A stretch of DNA of 64,000 nt from the human T2T-CHM13v2.0 reference genome, Homo sapiens, in assembly GCF_009914755.1 (NCBI RefSeq), contig NC_060947.1. The stretch is one strand, 5' to 3'. Position numbers and translations under genes: made by a program. Position 1 is the first letter of the stretch. Each line of letters opens with the position of its first letter. Below, piece by piece: positions 32,201 to 46,437 of the stretch. The notes under the pieces are model-generated. The model saw only the letters and a program-made list of their open reading frames with translations, did no database searches and had not been told where the DNA came from.

Positions 32201-35200
32201 CCGCCTGGGTGGGGCCTGCAGCACCCGGGACCCATAAATAATCAAATCCTTACCTCCGCCTGGGCGGGGCCTGCAGCACCCGGGACCCATAAATAATCAA
32301 ATCCTTACCTCCGCCTGGGCGGGGCCTGCAGCACCCGGGACCCATAAATAATCAAATCCTTACCTCCGCCTGGGTGGGGCCTGCAGGACCCGGGACCCAT
32401 AAATAATCAAATCCTTACCTCCGCCTGGGCGGGGCCTGCAGGACCCGGGACCCATAAATAATCAAATCCTTACCTCCGCCTGGGCGGGGCCTGCAGCACC
32501 CGGGACCCATAAATAATCAAATCCTTACCTCCGCCTGGGTGGGGCCTGCAGGACCCGGGACCCATAAATAATCAAATCCTTACCTCCGCCTGGGTGGGGC
32601 CTGCAGGACCCGGGACCCATAAATAATCAAATCCTTACCTCCGCCTGGGCGGGGCCTGCAGCACCCGGGACCCATAAATAATCAAATCCTTACCTCCGCC
32701 TGGGTGGGGCCTGCAGGACCCGGGACCCATAAATAATCAAATCCTTACCTCCGCCTGGGTGGGGCCTGCAGGACCCGGGACCCATAAATAATCAAATCCT
32801 TACCTCCGCCTGGGCGGGGCCTGCAGCACCCGGGACCCATAAATAATCAAATCCTTACCTCCGCCTGGGTGGGGCCTGCAGCACCCGGGACCCATAAATA
32901 ATCAAATCCTTACCTCCGCCTGGGTGGGGACTGCAGCACCCGGGACCCATAAATAATCAAATCCTTACCTCCGCCTGGGTGGGGCCTGCAGCACCCGGGA
33001 CCCATAAATAATCAAATCCTTACCTCCGCCTGGGTGGGGCCTGCAGCACCCGGGACCCATAAATAATCAAATCCTTACCTCCGCCTGGGTGGGGCCTGCA
33101 GCACCCGGGACCCATAAATAATCAAATCCTTACCTCCGCCTGGGTGGGGCCTGCAGCGCCCGGGACCCATAAATAATCAAATCCTTACCTCCGCCTGGGT
33201 GGGGCCTGCAGGACCCGGGACCCATAAATAATCAAATCCTTACCTCCGCCTGGGCGGGGCCTGCAGCACCCGGGACCCATAAATAATCAAATCCTTACCT
33301 CCGCCTGGGCGGGGCCTGCAGCACCCGGGACCCATAAATAATCAAATCCTTACCTCCGCCTGGGCGGGGCCTGCAGGACCCGGGATCCATAAATAATCAA
33401 ATCCTTACCTCCGCCTGGGCGGGGCCTGCAGCACCCGGGACCCATAAATAATCAAATCCTTACCTCCGCCTGGGCGGGGCCTGCAGCACCCGGGACCCAT
33501 AAATAATCAAATCCTTACCTCCGCCTGGGCGGGGCCTGCAGCACCCGGGACCCATAAATAATCAAATCCTTACCTCCGCCTGGGCGGGGCCTGCAGCACC
33601 CGGGACCCATAAATAATCATATCCTTACCTCCGCCTGGGTGGGGCCTGCAGCACCCGGGACCCATAAATAATCAAATCCTTACCTCCGCCTGGGCGGGGC
33701 CTGCAGGACCCGGGACCCATAAATAATCAAATCCTTACCTCCGCCTGGGTGGGGCCTGCAGGACCCGGGACCCATAAATAATCAAATCCTTACCTCCGCC
33801 TGGGTGGGGCCTGCAGCACCCGGGACCCATAAATAATCAAATCCTTACCTCCGCCTGGGTGGGGCCTGCAGCACCCGGGACCCATAAATAATCAAATCCT
33901 TACCTCCGCCTGGGCGGGGCCTGCAGCACCCGGGACCCATAAATAATCAAATCCTTACCTCCGCCTGGGCGGGGCCTGCAGCGCCCGGGACCCATAAATA
34001 ATCAAATCCTTACCTCCGCCTGGGCGGGGCCTGCAGGACCCGGGACCCATAAATAATCAAATCCTTACCTCCGCCTGGGTGGGGCCTGCAGCACCCGGGA
34101 CCCATAAATAATCAAATCCTTACCTCCGCCTGGGTGGGGCCTGCAGGACCCGGGACCCATAAATAATCAAATCCTTACCTCCGCCTGGGCGGGGCCTGCA
34201 GCACCCGGGACCCATAAATAATCAAATCCTTACCTCCGCCTGGGCGGGGCCTGCAGGACCCGGGACCCATAAATAATCAAATCCTTACCTCCGCCTGGGC
34301 GGGGCCTGCAGCACCCGGGACCCATAAATAATCAAATCCTTACCTCCGCCTGGGCGGGGCCTGCAGCACCCGGGACCCATAAATAATCATATCCTTACCT
34401 CCGCCTGGGTGGGGCCTGCAGCACCCGGGACCCATAAATAATCAAATCCTTACCTCCGCCTGGGCGGGGCCTGCAGGACCCGGGACCCATAAATAATCAA
34501 ATCCTTACCTCCGCCTGGGTGGGGCCTGCAGGACCCGGGACCCATAAATAATCAAATCCTTACCTCCGCCTGGGTGGGGCCTGCAGCACCCGGGACCCAT
34601 AAATAATCAAATCCTTACCTCCGCCTGGGTGGGGCCTGCAGCACCCGGGACCCATAAATAATCAAATCCTTACCTCCGCCTGGGCGGGGCCTGCAGCACC
34701 CGGGACCCATAAATAATCAAATCCTTACCTCCGCCTGGGCGGGGCCTGCAGCGCCCGGGACCCATAAATAATCAAATCCTTACCTCCGCCTGGGCGGGGC
34801 CTGCAGGACCCGGGACCCATAAATAATCAAATCCTTACCTCCGCCTGGGTGGGGCCTGCAGCACCCGGGACCCATAAATAATCAAATCCTTACCTCCGCC
34901 TGGGTGGGGCCTGCAGGACCCGGGACCCATAAATAATCAAATCCTTACCTCCGCCTGGGCGGGGCCTGCAGCACCCGGGACCCATAAATAATCAAATCCT
35001 TACCTCCGCCTGGGCGGGGCCTGCAGGACCCGGGACCCATAAATAATCAAATCCTTACCTCCGCCTGGGTGGGGCCTGCAGCACCCGGGACCCATAAATA
35101 ATCAAATCCTTACCTCCGCCTGGGCGGGGCCTGCAGGACCCGGGACCCATAAATAATCAAATCCTTACCTCCGCCTGGGTGGGACCTGCAGCACCCGGGA

Positions 35201-36570
35201 CCCATAAATAATCAAATCCTTACCTCCGCCTGGGTGGGGCCTGCAGGACCCGGGACCCATAAATAATCAAATCCTTACCTCCGCCTGGGTGGGACCTGCA
35301 GCGCCCGGGACCCATAAATAATCAAATCCTTACCTCCGCCTGGGCGGGGCCTGCAGGACCCGGGACCCATAAATAATCAAATCCTTACCTCCGCCTGGGC
35401 GGGGCCTGCAGGACCCGGGACCCATAAATAATCAAATCCTTACCTCCGCCTGGGTGGGGCCTGCAGGACCCGGGACCCATAAATAATCAAATCCTTACCT
35501 CCGCCTGGGTGGGGCCTGCAGCACCCGGGACCCATAAATAATCAAATCCTTACCTCCGCCTGGGTGGGGCCTGCAGCACCCGGGACCCATAAATAATCAA
35601 ATCCTTACCTCCGCCTGGGTGGGGCCTGCAGCACCCGGGACCCATAAATAATCAAATCCTTACCTCCGCCTGGGCGGGGCCTGCAGGACCCGGGACCCAT
35701 AAATAATCAAATCCTTACCTCCGCCTGGGTGGGACCTGCAGCACCCGGGACCCATAAATAATCAAATCCTTACCTCCGCCTGGGTGGGGCCTGCAGGACC
35801 CGGGACCCATAAATAATCAAATCCTTACCTCCGCCTGGGTGGGACCTGCAGCGCCCGGGACCCATAAATAATCAAATCCTTACCTCCGCCTGGGCGGGGC
35901 CTGCAGGACCCGGGACCCATAAATAATCAAATCCTTACCTCCGCCTGGGCGGGGCCTGCAGGACCCGGGACCCATAAATAATCAAATCCTTACCTCCGCC
36001 TGGGTGGGGCCTGCAGGACCCGGGACCCATAAATAATCAAATCCTTACCTCCGCCTGGGCGGGGCCTGCAGCACCCGGGACCCATAAATAATCAAATCCT
36101 TACCTCCGCCTGGGCGGGGCCTGCAGGACCCGGGACCCATAAATAATCAAATCCTTACCTCCGCCTGGGCGGGGCCTGCAGCGCCCGGGACCCATAAATA
36201 ATCAAATCCTTACCTCCGCCTGGGCGGGGCCTGCAGGACCCGGGACCCATAAATAATCAAATCCTTACCTCCGCCTGGGCGGGGCCTGCAGCACCCGGGA
36301 CCCATAAATAATCAAATCCTTACCTCCGCCTGGGCGGGGCCTGCAGCACCCGGGACCCATAAATAATCAAATCCTTACCTCCGCCTGGGTGGGGCCTGCA
36401 GGACCCGGGACCCATAAATAATCAAATCCTTACCTCCGCCTGGGCGGGGCCTGCAGCGCCCGGGACCCATAAATAATCAAATCCTTACCTCCGCCTGGGC
36501 GGGGCCTGCAGCACCCGGGACCCATAAATAATCAAATCCTTACCTCCGCCTGGGTGGGGCCTGCAGGCCG
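23240..36570. repeat. 55-bp VNTR/minisatellite, ~242 copies (13.3 kb)
   Basis: Unit CCCATAAATAATCAAATCCTTACCTCCGCCTGGG(C/T)GGGGCCTGCAG(C/G)(A/G)CCCGGGA. Phase is preserved every 660 nt from 23341 to 36541. Confidence 0.98.
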
Positions 36571-36964
36571 GCCGTGGATGCAGGACTGGTAAATAGTCAA
36601 ACCTTTATCTCCGCCTGGTGTCTCTCCTAGCCATTGGAGGGGTGCTCCCCATGCTAAATATTCGAAACTCAAACGCGGGGTCATGGGATTTTCTAGTGCA
36701 GGAGAGGGTTTTCCATTCCAGGAAGCAGCTGGACCAAGGGCTTCCGTGCCCGGCCTTGGGAGGGGTTTGCAAACACCCCTTGTCGGACACAAGGGCACGG
36801 TCAACAGGGAAGTCACAGCCATTTACAGGGGCTCACACTTGGCCCACTTCACTCAAGCACCCTTCACAACCCTCGGCTCGCAGAACACAGGCAGCACCGA
36901 GGCACGGACGACACGTCCCTCAGCCCACGTGATGTCCTCCCCTCGTGTCCAGCCCACACCTGGC

Positions 36965-39900
36965 CGCCCAGGACACAGAGGGAGGAAGGGCTGGGCCCCG
37001 AGACCACAGTCCACATCACACCAGGACAGAGGAAGGGCCGGGCACTGTGACCTCCGGTCCTCATGACCCTGGGGCACAGCGGGAGGAAGGGCCAGGCCCT
37101 GTGACCACAGTCCACATCACACCAGGACACAGAGGAAGGGCCGGGCCCTGTGACCACAGTCCACATCACACCAGGACACAGAGGAAGGGCCGGGCCCTGT
37201 GACCACAGTCCACATCACACCAGGACACAGAGGAAGGGCCGGGCCCTGTGACCACAGTCCACATCACACCAGGACACAGAGGAAGGGCCGGGCCCTGTGA
37301 CCACAGTCCACATCACACCAGGACACAGAGGAAGGGCCGGGCCTCATGACCACAGTCCACATCACACCAGGACACAGAGGAAGGGCCGGGCCCTGTGACC
37401 ACAGTCCACATCACACCAGGACACGGAGGAAGGGCCGGGCCCTGTGACCACAGTCCACATCACACCAGGACACAGAGGAAGGGCCGGGCCCCGTGACCAC
37501 AGTCCACATCACACCAGGACACAGAGGAAGGGCCGGGCCCCGTGACCACAGTCCACATCACACCAGGACACAGAGGAAGGGCCGGGCCCCGTGACCACAG
37601 TCCACATCACACCAGGACACAGAGGAAGGGCCGGGCCCTGTGACCACAGTCCACATCACACCAGGACACAGAGGAAGGGCCGGGCCCTGTGACCACAGTC
37701 CACATCACACCAGGACACAGAGGAAGGGCCGGGCCTCATGACCACAGTCCACATCACACCAGGACACAGAGGAAGGGCCGGGCCTCATGACCACAGTCCA
37801 CATCACACCAGGACACAGAGGAAGGGCCGGGCCCTGTGACCACAGTCCACATCACACCAGGACACAGAGGAAGGGCCGGGCCTCATGACCACAGTCCACA
37901 TCACACCAGGACACAGAGGAAGGGCCAGGCCCTGTGACCACAGTCCACATCACACCAGGACACAGAGGAAGGGCCGGGCCTCATGACCACAGTCCACATC
38001 ACACCAGGACACAGAGGAAGGGCCGGGCCCTGTGACCACAGTCCACATCACACCAGGACACAGAGGAAGGGCCGGGCCCTGTGACCACAGTCCACATCAC
38101 ACCAGGACACAGAGGAAGGGCCGGGCCTCATGACCACAGTCCACATCACACCAGGACACGGAGGAAGGGCCGGGCCCTGTGACCACAGTCCACATCACAC
38201 CAGGACACAGAGGAAGGGCCGGGCCCTGTGACCACAGTCCACATCACACCAGGACACAGAGGAAGGGCCAGGCCTCATGACCACAGTCCACATCACACCA
38301 GGACACAGAGGAAGGGCCGGGCCCCGTGACCACAGTCCACATCACACCAGGACACAGAGGAAGGGCCGGGCCCTGTGACCACAGTCCACATCACACCAGG
38401 ACACAGAGGAAGGGCCGGGCCTCATGACCACAGTCCACATCACACCAGGACACGGAGGAAGGGCCGGGCCCTGTGACCACAGTCCACATCACACCAGGAC
38501 ACGGAGGAAGGGCCGGGCCCCGTGACCACAGTCCACATCACACCAGGACACAGAGGAAGGGCCGGGCCCTGTGACCACAGTCCACATCACACCAGGACAC
38601 AGAGGAAGGGCCGGGCCTCATGACCACAGTCCAGATCACACCAGGACACAGAGGAAGGGCCGGGCCCTGTGACCACAGTCCACATCACACCAGGACACAG
38701 AGGAAGGGCCGGGCCCTGTGACCACAGTCCACATCACACCAGGACACAGAGGAAGGGCCAGGCCTCATGACCACAGTCCACATCACACCAGGACACAGAG
38801 GAAGGGCCAGGCCTCATGACCACAGTCCACATCACACCAGGACACAGAGGAAGGGCCGGGCCCTGTGACCACAGTCCACATCACACCAGGACACAGAGGA
38901 AGGGCCGGGCCCTGTGACCACAGTCCACATCACACCAGGACACAGAGGAAGGGCCAGGCCTCATGACCACAGTCCACATCACACCAGGACACAGAGGAAG
39001 GGCCGGGCCCTGTGACCACAGTCCACATCACACCAGGACACAGAGGAAGGGCCGGGCCCTGTGACCACAGTCCACATCACACCAGGACAGAGGAAGGGCC
39101 GGGCCCTGTGACCACAGTCCACATCACACCAGGACACAGAGGAAGGGCCAGGCCCTGTGACCACAGTCCACATCACACCAGGACACGGAGGAAGGGCCAG
39201 GCCTCATGACCACAGTCCACATCACACCAGGACACAGAGGAAGGGCCAGGCCCTGTGACCACAGTCCACATCACACCAGGACACAGAGGAAGGGCCGGGT
39301 CTCATGACCACAGTCCACATCACACCAGGACACAGAGGAAGGGCCGGGCCTCATGACCACAGTCCACATCACACCAGGACACAGAGGAAGGGCCGGGCCC
39401 CGTGACCACAGTCCACATCACACCAGGACACAGAGGAAGGGCCGGGCCCCGTGACCACAGTCCACATCACACCAGGACACAGAGGAAGGGCCGGGCCCTG
39501 TGACCACAGTCCACATCACACCAGGACACAGAGGAAGGGCCGGGCCTCGTGACCACAGTCCAGATCACACCAGGACACAGAGGAAGGGCCGGGCCCCGTG
39601 ACCACAGTCCAGATCACACCAGGACACAGAGGAAGGGCCGGGCCCCGTGACCACAGTCCACATCACACCAGGACACAGAGGAAGGGCCGGGCCCCGTGAC
39701 CACAGTCCACATCACACCAGGACACAGAGGAAGGGCCGGGCCCCGTGACCACAGTCCACATCACACCAGGACACAGAGGAAGGGCCGGGCCCTGTGACCA
39801 CAGTCCACATCACACCAGGACACAGAGGAAGGGCCGGGCCCTGTGACCACAGTCCACATCACACCAGGACACAGAGGAAGGGCCGGGCCCTGTGACCTCT

Positions 39901-41132
39901 GGTCCTCATGACTCTGGGGCACAGCGGGAGGAAGGGCCGGGCCCTGTGACCACAGTCCACATCACACCAGGACACAGAGGAAGGGCCGGGCCCTGTGACC
40001 ACAGTCCACATCACACCAGGACACGGAGGAAGGGCCAGGCCTCATGACCACAGTCCAGATCACACCAGGACACAGAGGAAGGGCCGGGCCCTGTGACCAC
40101 AGTCCAGATCACACCAGGACACAGAGGAAGGGCCGGGCCCTGTGACCACAGTCCACATCACACCAGGACACAGAGGAAGGGCCGGGCCTCGTGACCACAG
40201 TCCAGATCACACCAGGACACAGAGGAAGGGCCGGGCCCCGTGACCACAGTCCAGATCACACCAGGACACAGAGGAAGGGCCGGGCCCCGTGACCACAGTC
40301 CACATCACACCAGGACACAGAGGAAGGGCCGGGCCCCGTGACCACAGTCCACATCACACCAGGACACAGAGGAAGGGCCGGGCCCCGTGACCACAGTCCA
40401 CATCACACCAGGACACAGAGGAAGGGCCGGGCCCCGTGACCACAGTCCACATCACACCAGGACACAGAGGAAGGGCCAGGCCTCATGACCACAGTCCACA
40501 TCACACCAGGACACAGAGGAAGGGCCGGGCCCTGTGACCACAGTCCACATCACACCAGGACACGGAGGAAGGGCCGGGCCCTGTGACCACAGTCCACATC
40601 ACACCAGGACACAGAGGAAGGGCCGGGCCTCATGACCACAGTCCACATCACACCAGGACACGGAGGAAGGGCCGGGCCCTGTGACCACAGTCCACATCAC
40701 ACCAGGACACAGAGGAAGGGCCGGGCCCTGTGACCACAGTCCACATCACACCAGGACACAGAGGAAGGGCCAGGCCTCATGACCACAGTCCACATCACAC
40801 CAGGACACAGAGGAAGGGCCGGGCCCCGTGACCACAGTCCACATCACACCAGGACACAGAGGAAGGGCCGGGCCCTGTGACCACAGTCCACATCACACCA
40901 GGACACAGAGGAAGGGCCGGGCCTCATGACCACAGTCCACATCACACCAGGACACGGAGGAAGGGCCGGGCCCTGTGACCACAGTCCACATCACACCAGG
41001 ACACAGAGGAAGGGCCGGGCCCTGTGACCACAGTCCACATCACACCAGGACACAGAGGAAGGGCCGGGCCCTGTGACCTCTGGTCCTCATGACTCTGGGG
41101 CACAGCGGGAGGAAGGGCCGGGCCCTGTGACT
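36965..41132. repeat. 49-bp VNTR, ~84 copies
   Basis: Unit CCACAGTCCACATCACACCAGGACACAGAGGAAGGGCCGGGCC(CTG/TCA/CCG)TGA, period 49. Confidence 0.97.
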
Positions 41133-42419
41133 GTGGGAGGAGGCGTGGAAGCCGCTTCCTGCTCCCGTGCCACACCAGGGCACAGGTCATTTTATAGACT
41201 CTCCCAGGGCTGTGGAAGGAGGCGGGAACCAGGAGGCTGGTGTCCCCGCAGGGCCTCAGTGAAGGGAGGAGGGAGGAGGAGGAGGGAGGAGGGGGAGGGA
41301 GGAAACAGATGGGCCAAGAGGAAGCCACAGGGGGCTTTGGGCAGAGAGGGGGAGTCTCAATGGACAGGAAGAAGGAGGGAGAGGATGGAGAAGGAGCAGG
41401 GGGAGGAAGGAGGAGGGGGAGGAGGAGCAGGGGGGAGGGCGGAGTGTGGGGAGGTGACGGGGCCTGAGTTAGGATGGAAAGAGGCGGAGAGGCCGGTGGC
41501 CTGTGGCTTGTAGGCCGACCAGATGTCCCTGTGCCAGGACAGCAGCCGCCCTCAAGGTACCCCACAGCTGGGGTGAGGGAGGAAACAGGGAGCCGGGACA
41601 GAAATGGGGTGCAGGGAGAGAAGCCCCAGCCGTGGCTATGCGGGAGAATTCCACCCGGGAACATGGGATCCCAAGGCAGCCCTTTGAGCCGTCCACTGCG
41701 GCCCCCAAACGTTCCGTGCACTCTCTGAAGCCCACACTGGCCCTGTCCTGGAGTCCAGCCCGGGGTGGGAGACAGCGGGGTGCGTGGGGAGCACCTGCGG
41801 GGTGGACCGGAAGCAGCCAGGAGGAGGCAGGAACGGGGCCCTGGACAGACCCCTGACCTGGGCTCCTGGTCAGCTCCAGGTTGGCTCGGGGGGGGAGATC
41901 GCAGGCGTGGGCTGCGCTGGGAGGAGCCACTTCCACCGACGGAGGCGGCACGGGCTGCCCAGGGTCCGGGCCACGCGGGGCGGGAGAGGTCGGAACCTGC
42001 AGGGGGAAGATCCCGGTGGGTTTGCTGGCCAAGGCGCTCAGAGCCTGCAGGCTTGGGACTGCCGGCCCCATGCGTTGACCCCAGGGCCGAGATGAAAGCA
42101 CCTGTTCACCCCGTCCTGGGGGCTCCGGGAGACCCACCGCAGCCGCGGCCAGTGGCCCGAGTGGGGCCCGTCAGTCAGACACCTCAATGTCCCCTGCAAG
42201 GGCCCCTCTGACCACAGAGAACCCGTGGGCACACACCTCTGGGACGTCCTTGCTGTCTCTAAGCCCCTGACCGGGGGACCCCGGGGACACCTTGTTGGGA
42301 CACACCGTGGGGTCCCCTGGGAGGGGTCTTCCGGTCCCCAGTCCTGGTCTGTGGGGTCCCCGTGGGAGTTCAGGGCGGTGTTTGCAGCCCAGCCGGTCCC
42401 GCTCCTGCGGTGGGGACAG

Positions 42420-42500
42420 ATCCGTGGCGGGGGCGGGCTGTCCCTCCTCCTGGTGGCAGGAGTGTCCGCGCCACAGCCAATCGCAGCGGACTGGGTGTGT
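42420..42500 (+). promoter_or_regulatory. PLCXD1: PLCXD1 distal promoter (GC boxes and CCAAT box, CpG-rich)
   Basis: GGCGGGGGCGGG at ~42426-42437 and GCCAATCGC at ~42476, directly upstream of an exon that ends in a consensus donor. Confidence 0.6.
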
Positions 42501-42569
42501 TTTAGGAAGAGTGTCCCGCAGAGACCCGGCGGGAGCTGCCAGGAGCTCTGGGATTCCAGCGGCTGGAAG
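42497..42569 (+). other. PLCXD1: PLCXD1 non-coding first exon (distal); start approximate
   Basis: Consensus donor GAAG|GTGAGT at 42569/42570. Position is consistent with the recalled PLCXD1 transcript structure. Confidence 0.65.
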
Positions 42570-43364
42570 GTGAGTGTGTCTACCCCGTTCTCCTGATGGC
42601 AAGTCCCCTACGGGGGACGTGGCGGGTGCCGTCTGTGCCTGTTGTGGGCTGGGAATCAGGAACCCGCGCTTCCGTCATTGAGGCTCCTTCTCCTCCTCCT
42701 GGGACCCTTAGCTGGGGGCACGGGCAGGGGGTTCAGGGGGAGGGTCGCCTGGGATCTGTGGCCTGGACGTTGGCAGCCACAGGCGGCCTGCACCCCTTGC
42801 AGACCGTGAATTCTCTGCCGGGTCAGAGCCGCGGAGCCAGTGTGGAAACAGCCCAGGACGGTTATGAAATGAGCCCGGGGGCCACGACTTGCTTGGCCGG
42901 TTGGACGTCCTCACCCTGCCGCCGGGGCCTGCGTGGGGACGGGTCGGGACAGCTGGGACGGTGGGGATGTTGGGGCACTGGGAATGCTGGGATCTGAGCA
43001 CCCCTGTCCTTCCGTTGATTCACCCAGCAACCATTCACCCCGTGCGTTGAATGTGCGCGTCACGGCCACTCACGCCTCTGGGACGTGAGTCTCCCGAGGA
43101 CTCAGCGGGCGGGAAGGTGTAGGTGTCTCACCCCGCCTGGCGGGTCACCGGGCGTCTGGGCCCGTCCGTCATCTGCGCTGTCCCGCCGCGACCGTGAAGG
43201 CCAGGGTGGAGAGGACCTCCCCCAGGAAGGGTCAGTGCTCCGTGGGACGGCCTCCAGACCCCACTCCGCTGTGCCGTCCGGACGAGATGGCAGAGGTGGC
43301 TGGGAGTGGGGGCCGCCCCCGGGGCTCCTTCCTGCTCCACTTTGTCATGTGTGGGGAAGGCGTC

Positions 43365-44410
43365 GGGGGACCTGGGGACAGGAGGGGGCGCCCCTCAGTG
43401 GTCAGGGGACTTGGGATGTGAGGGGAGGGGTCAGGGGGAACGTGGGGACAGATGTGGGGATAGGAGGGGACACCCCTCAGTGGTCAGGGGACCTGGGATG
43501 TGAGGGGAGGGGTTGGGGAACGTGGGGACAGGTGTGGGGACAGGAGGGGACACCCCTCAGTGGTCAGGGGACCTGGGATGTGAGGGGAGGGGTCAGGGCA
43601 CGTGGGGACAGGAGTGGACACCCCTCAGTGGTCAGGGGACCTGGGATGTGAGGGGAGGGCTCAGGAGGACATGGGGACAGGTGTGGGGACAGGAGTGGAC
43701 ACCCCTCAGTGGTCAGGGGACCTGGGATGTGAGGGGAGGGGTCAGGGCACGTGGGGACAGGAGTGGACACCCCTCAGTGGTCAGGGGACCTGGGATGTGA
43801 GGGGAGGGCTCAGGAGGACATGGGGACAGGTGTGGGGACAGGAGTGGACACCCCTCAGTGGTCAGGGGACCTGGGATGTGAGGGGAGGGGTCAGGGCACG
43901 TGGGGACAGGAGTGGACACCCCTCAGTGGTCAGGGGACCTGGGATGTGAGGGGAGGGGTCAGGGCACGTGGGGACAGGAGTGGACACCCCTCAGTGGTCA
44001 GGGGACCTGGGATGTGAGGGGAGGGCTCAGGAGGACATGGGGACAGGTGTGGGGACAGGAGTGGACACCCCTCAGTGGTCAGGGGACCTGGGATGTGAGG
44101 GGAGGGGTCAGGGGGAACGTGGGGACAGGTGTGGGGATAGGAGGGGACACCCCTCAGTGGTCAGGGGACCTGGGATGTGAGGGGAGGGGTCAGGGGGAAT
44201 GTGGGGACAGGTGTGGGGATAGGAGCGGACACCCCTCAGTGGTCAGGGGACCTGGGATGTGAGGGAGGGCTCAGGAGGACATGGGGACAGGTGTGGGGAC
44301 AGGAGTGGACACCCCTCAGTGGTCAGGGGACTTGGGATGTGAGGGGAGGGGTCGGGGGACGTGGGGACAGGAGGGGACACCCCTCAGTGGTCAGGGGACC
44401 TGGGATATGA
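43365..44410. repeat. G-rich VNTR with ~68-bp and ~81-bp units
   Basis: Core ACCCCTCAGTGGTCAGGGGACCTGGGATGTGAGGGGAGGG, ~14 copies. Confidence 0.93.
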
Positions 44411-44574
44411 TGAAGGTGACGGGAGGGGAGGGACTGTGACGGGGGAAGGGACTGTGATGGGAGGGAGGGAGTATGACAGTAGCCGGAATGGATGGAATCC
44501 GTCATGACACAGAGGATGTGAGTGTACAGCTTTGGGTCCAGCCTGTCCTAGGAGACACTGATTTCCTCGAGTCT

Positions 44575-46330
<1,756 letters not shown>

Positions 46331-46437
46331 CCAGACCTGCATTTTAACCTCCCCTCCACCCCGCGGCCCCGGGACCCTGGGCATCCGGAGGCTCACAGCG
46401 GCCCTGCTGGGATGCTCCAGGCAGATCACTGCACAGC

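Noticed and set aside
23240-41132. CRISPR-like appearance of regularly spaced repeats (also 1-3029)
   Set aside because: Units are contiguous with no unique spacers, there are no cas genes, and the context is human Alu/LTR DNA.
40942-43651. GC-rich ORFs of 100-260 aa around the distal PLCXD1 promoter
   Set aside because: Overlapping on both strands, P/G/R-rich, no recognisable domain; expected in GC-rich DNA.
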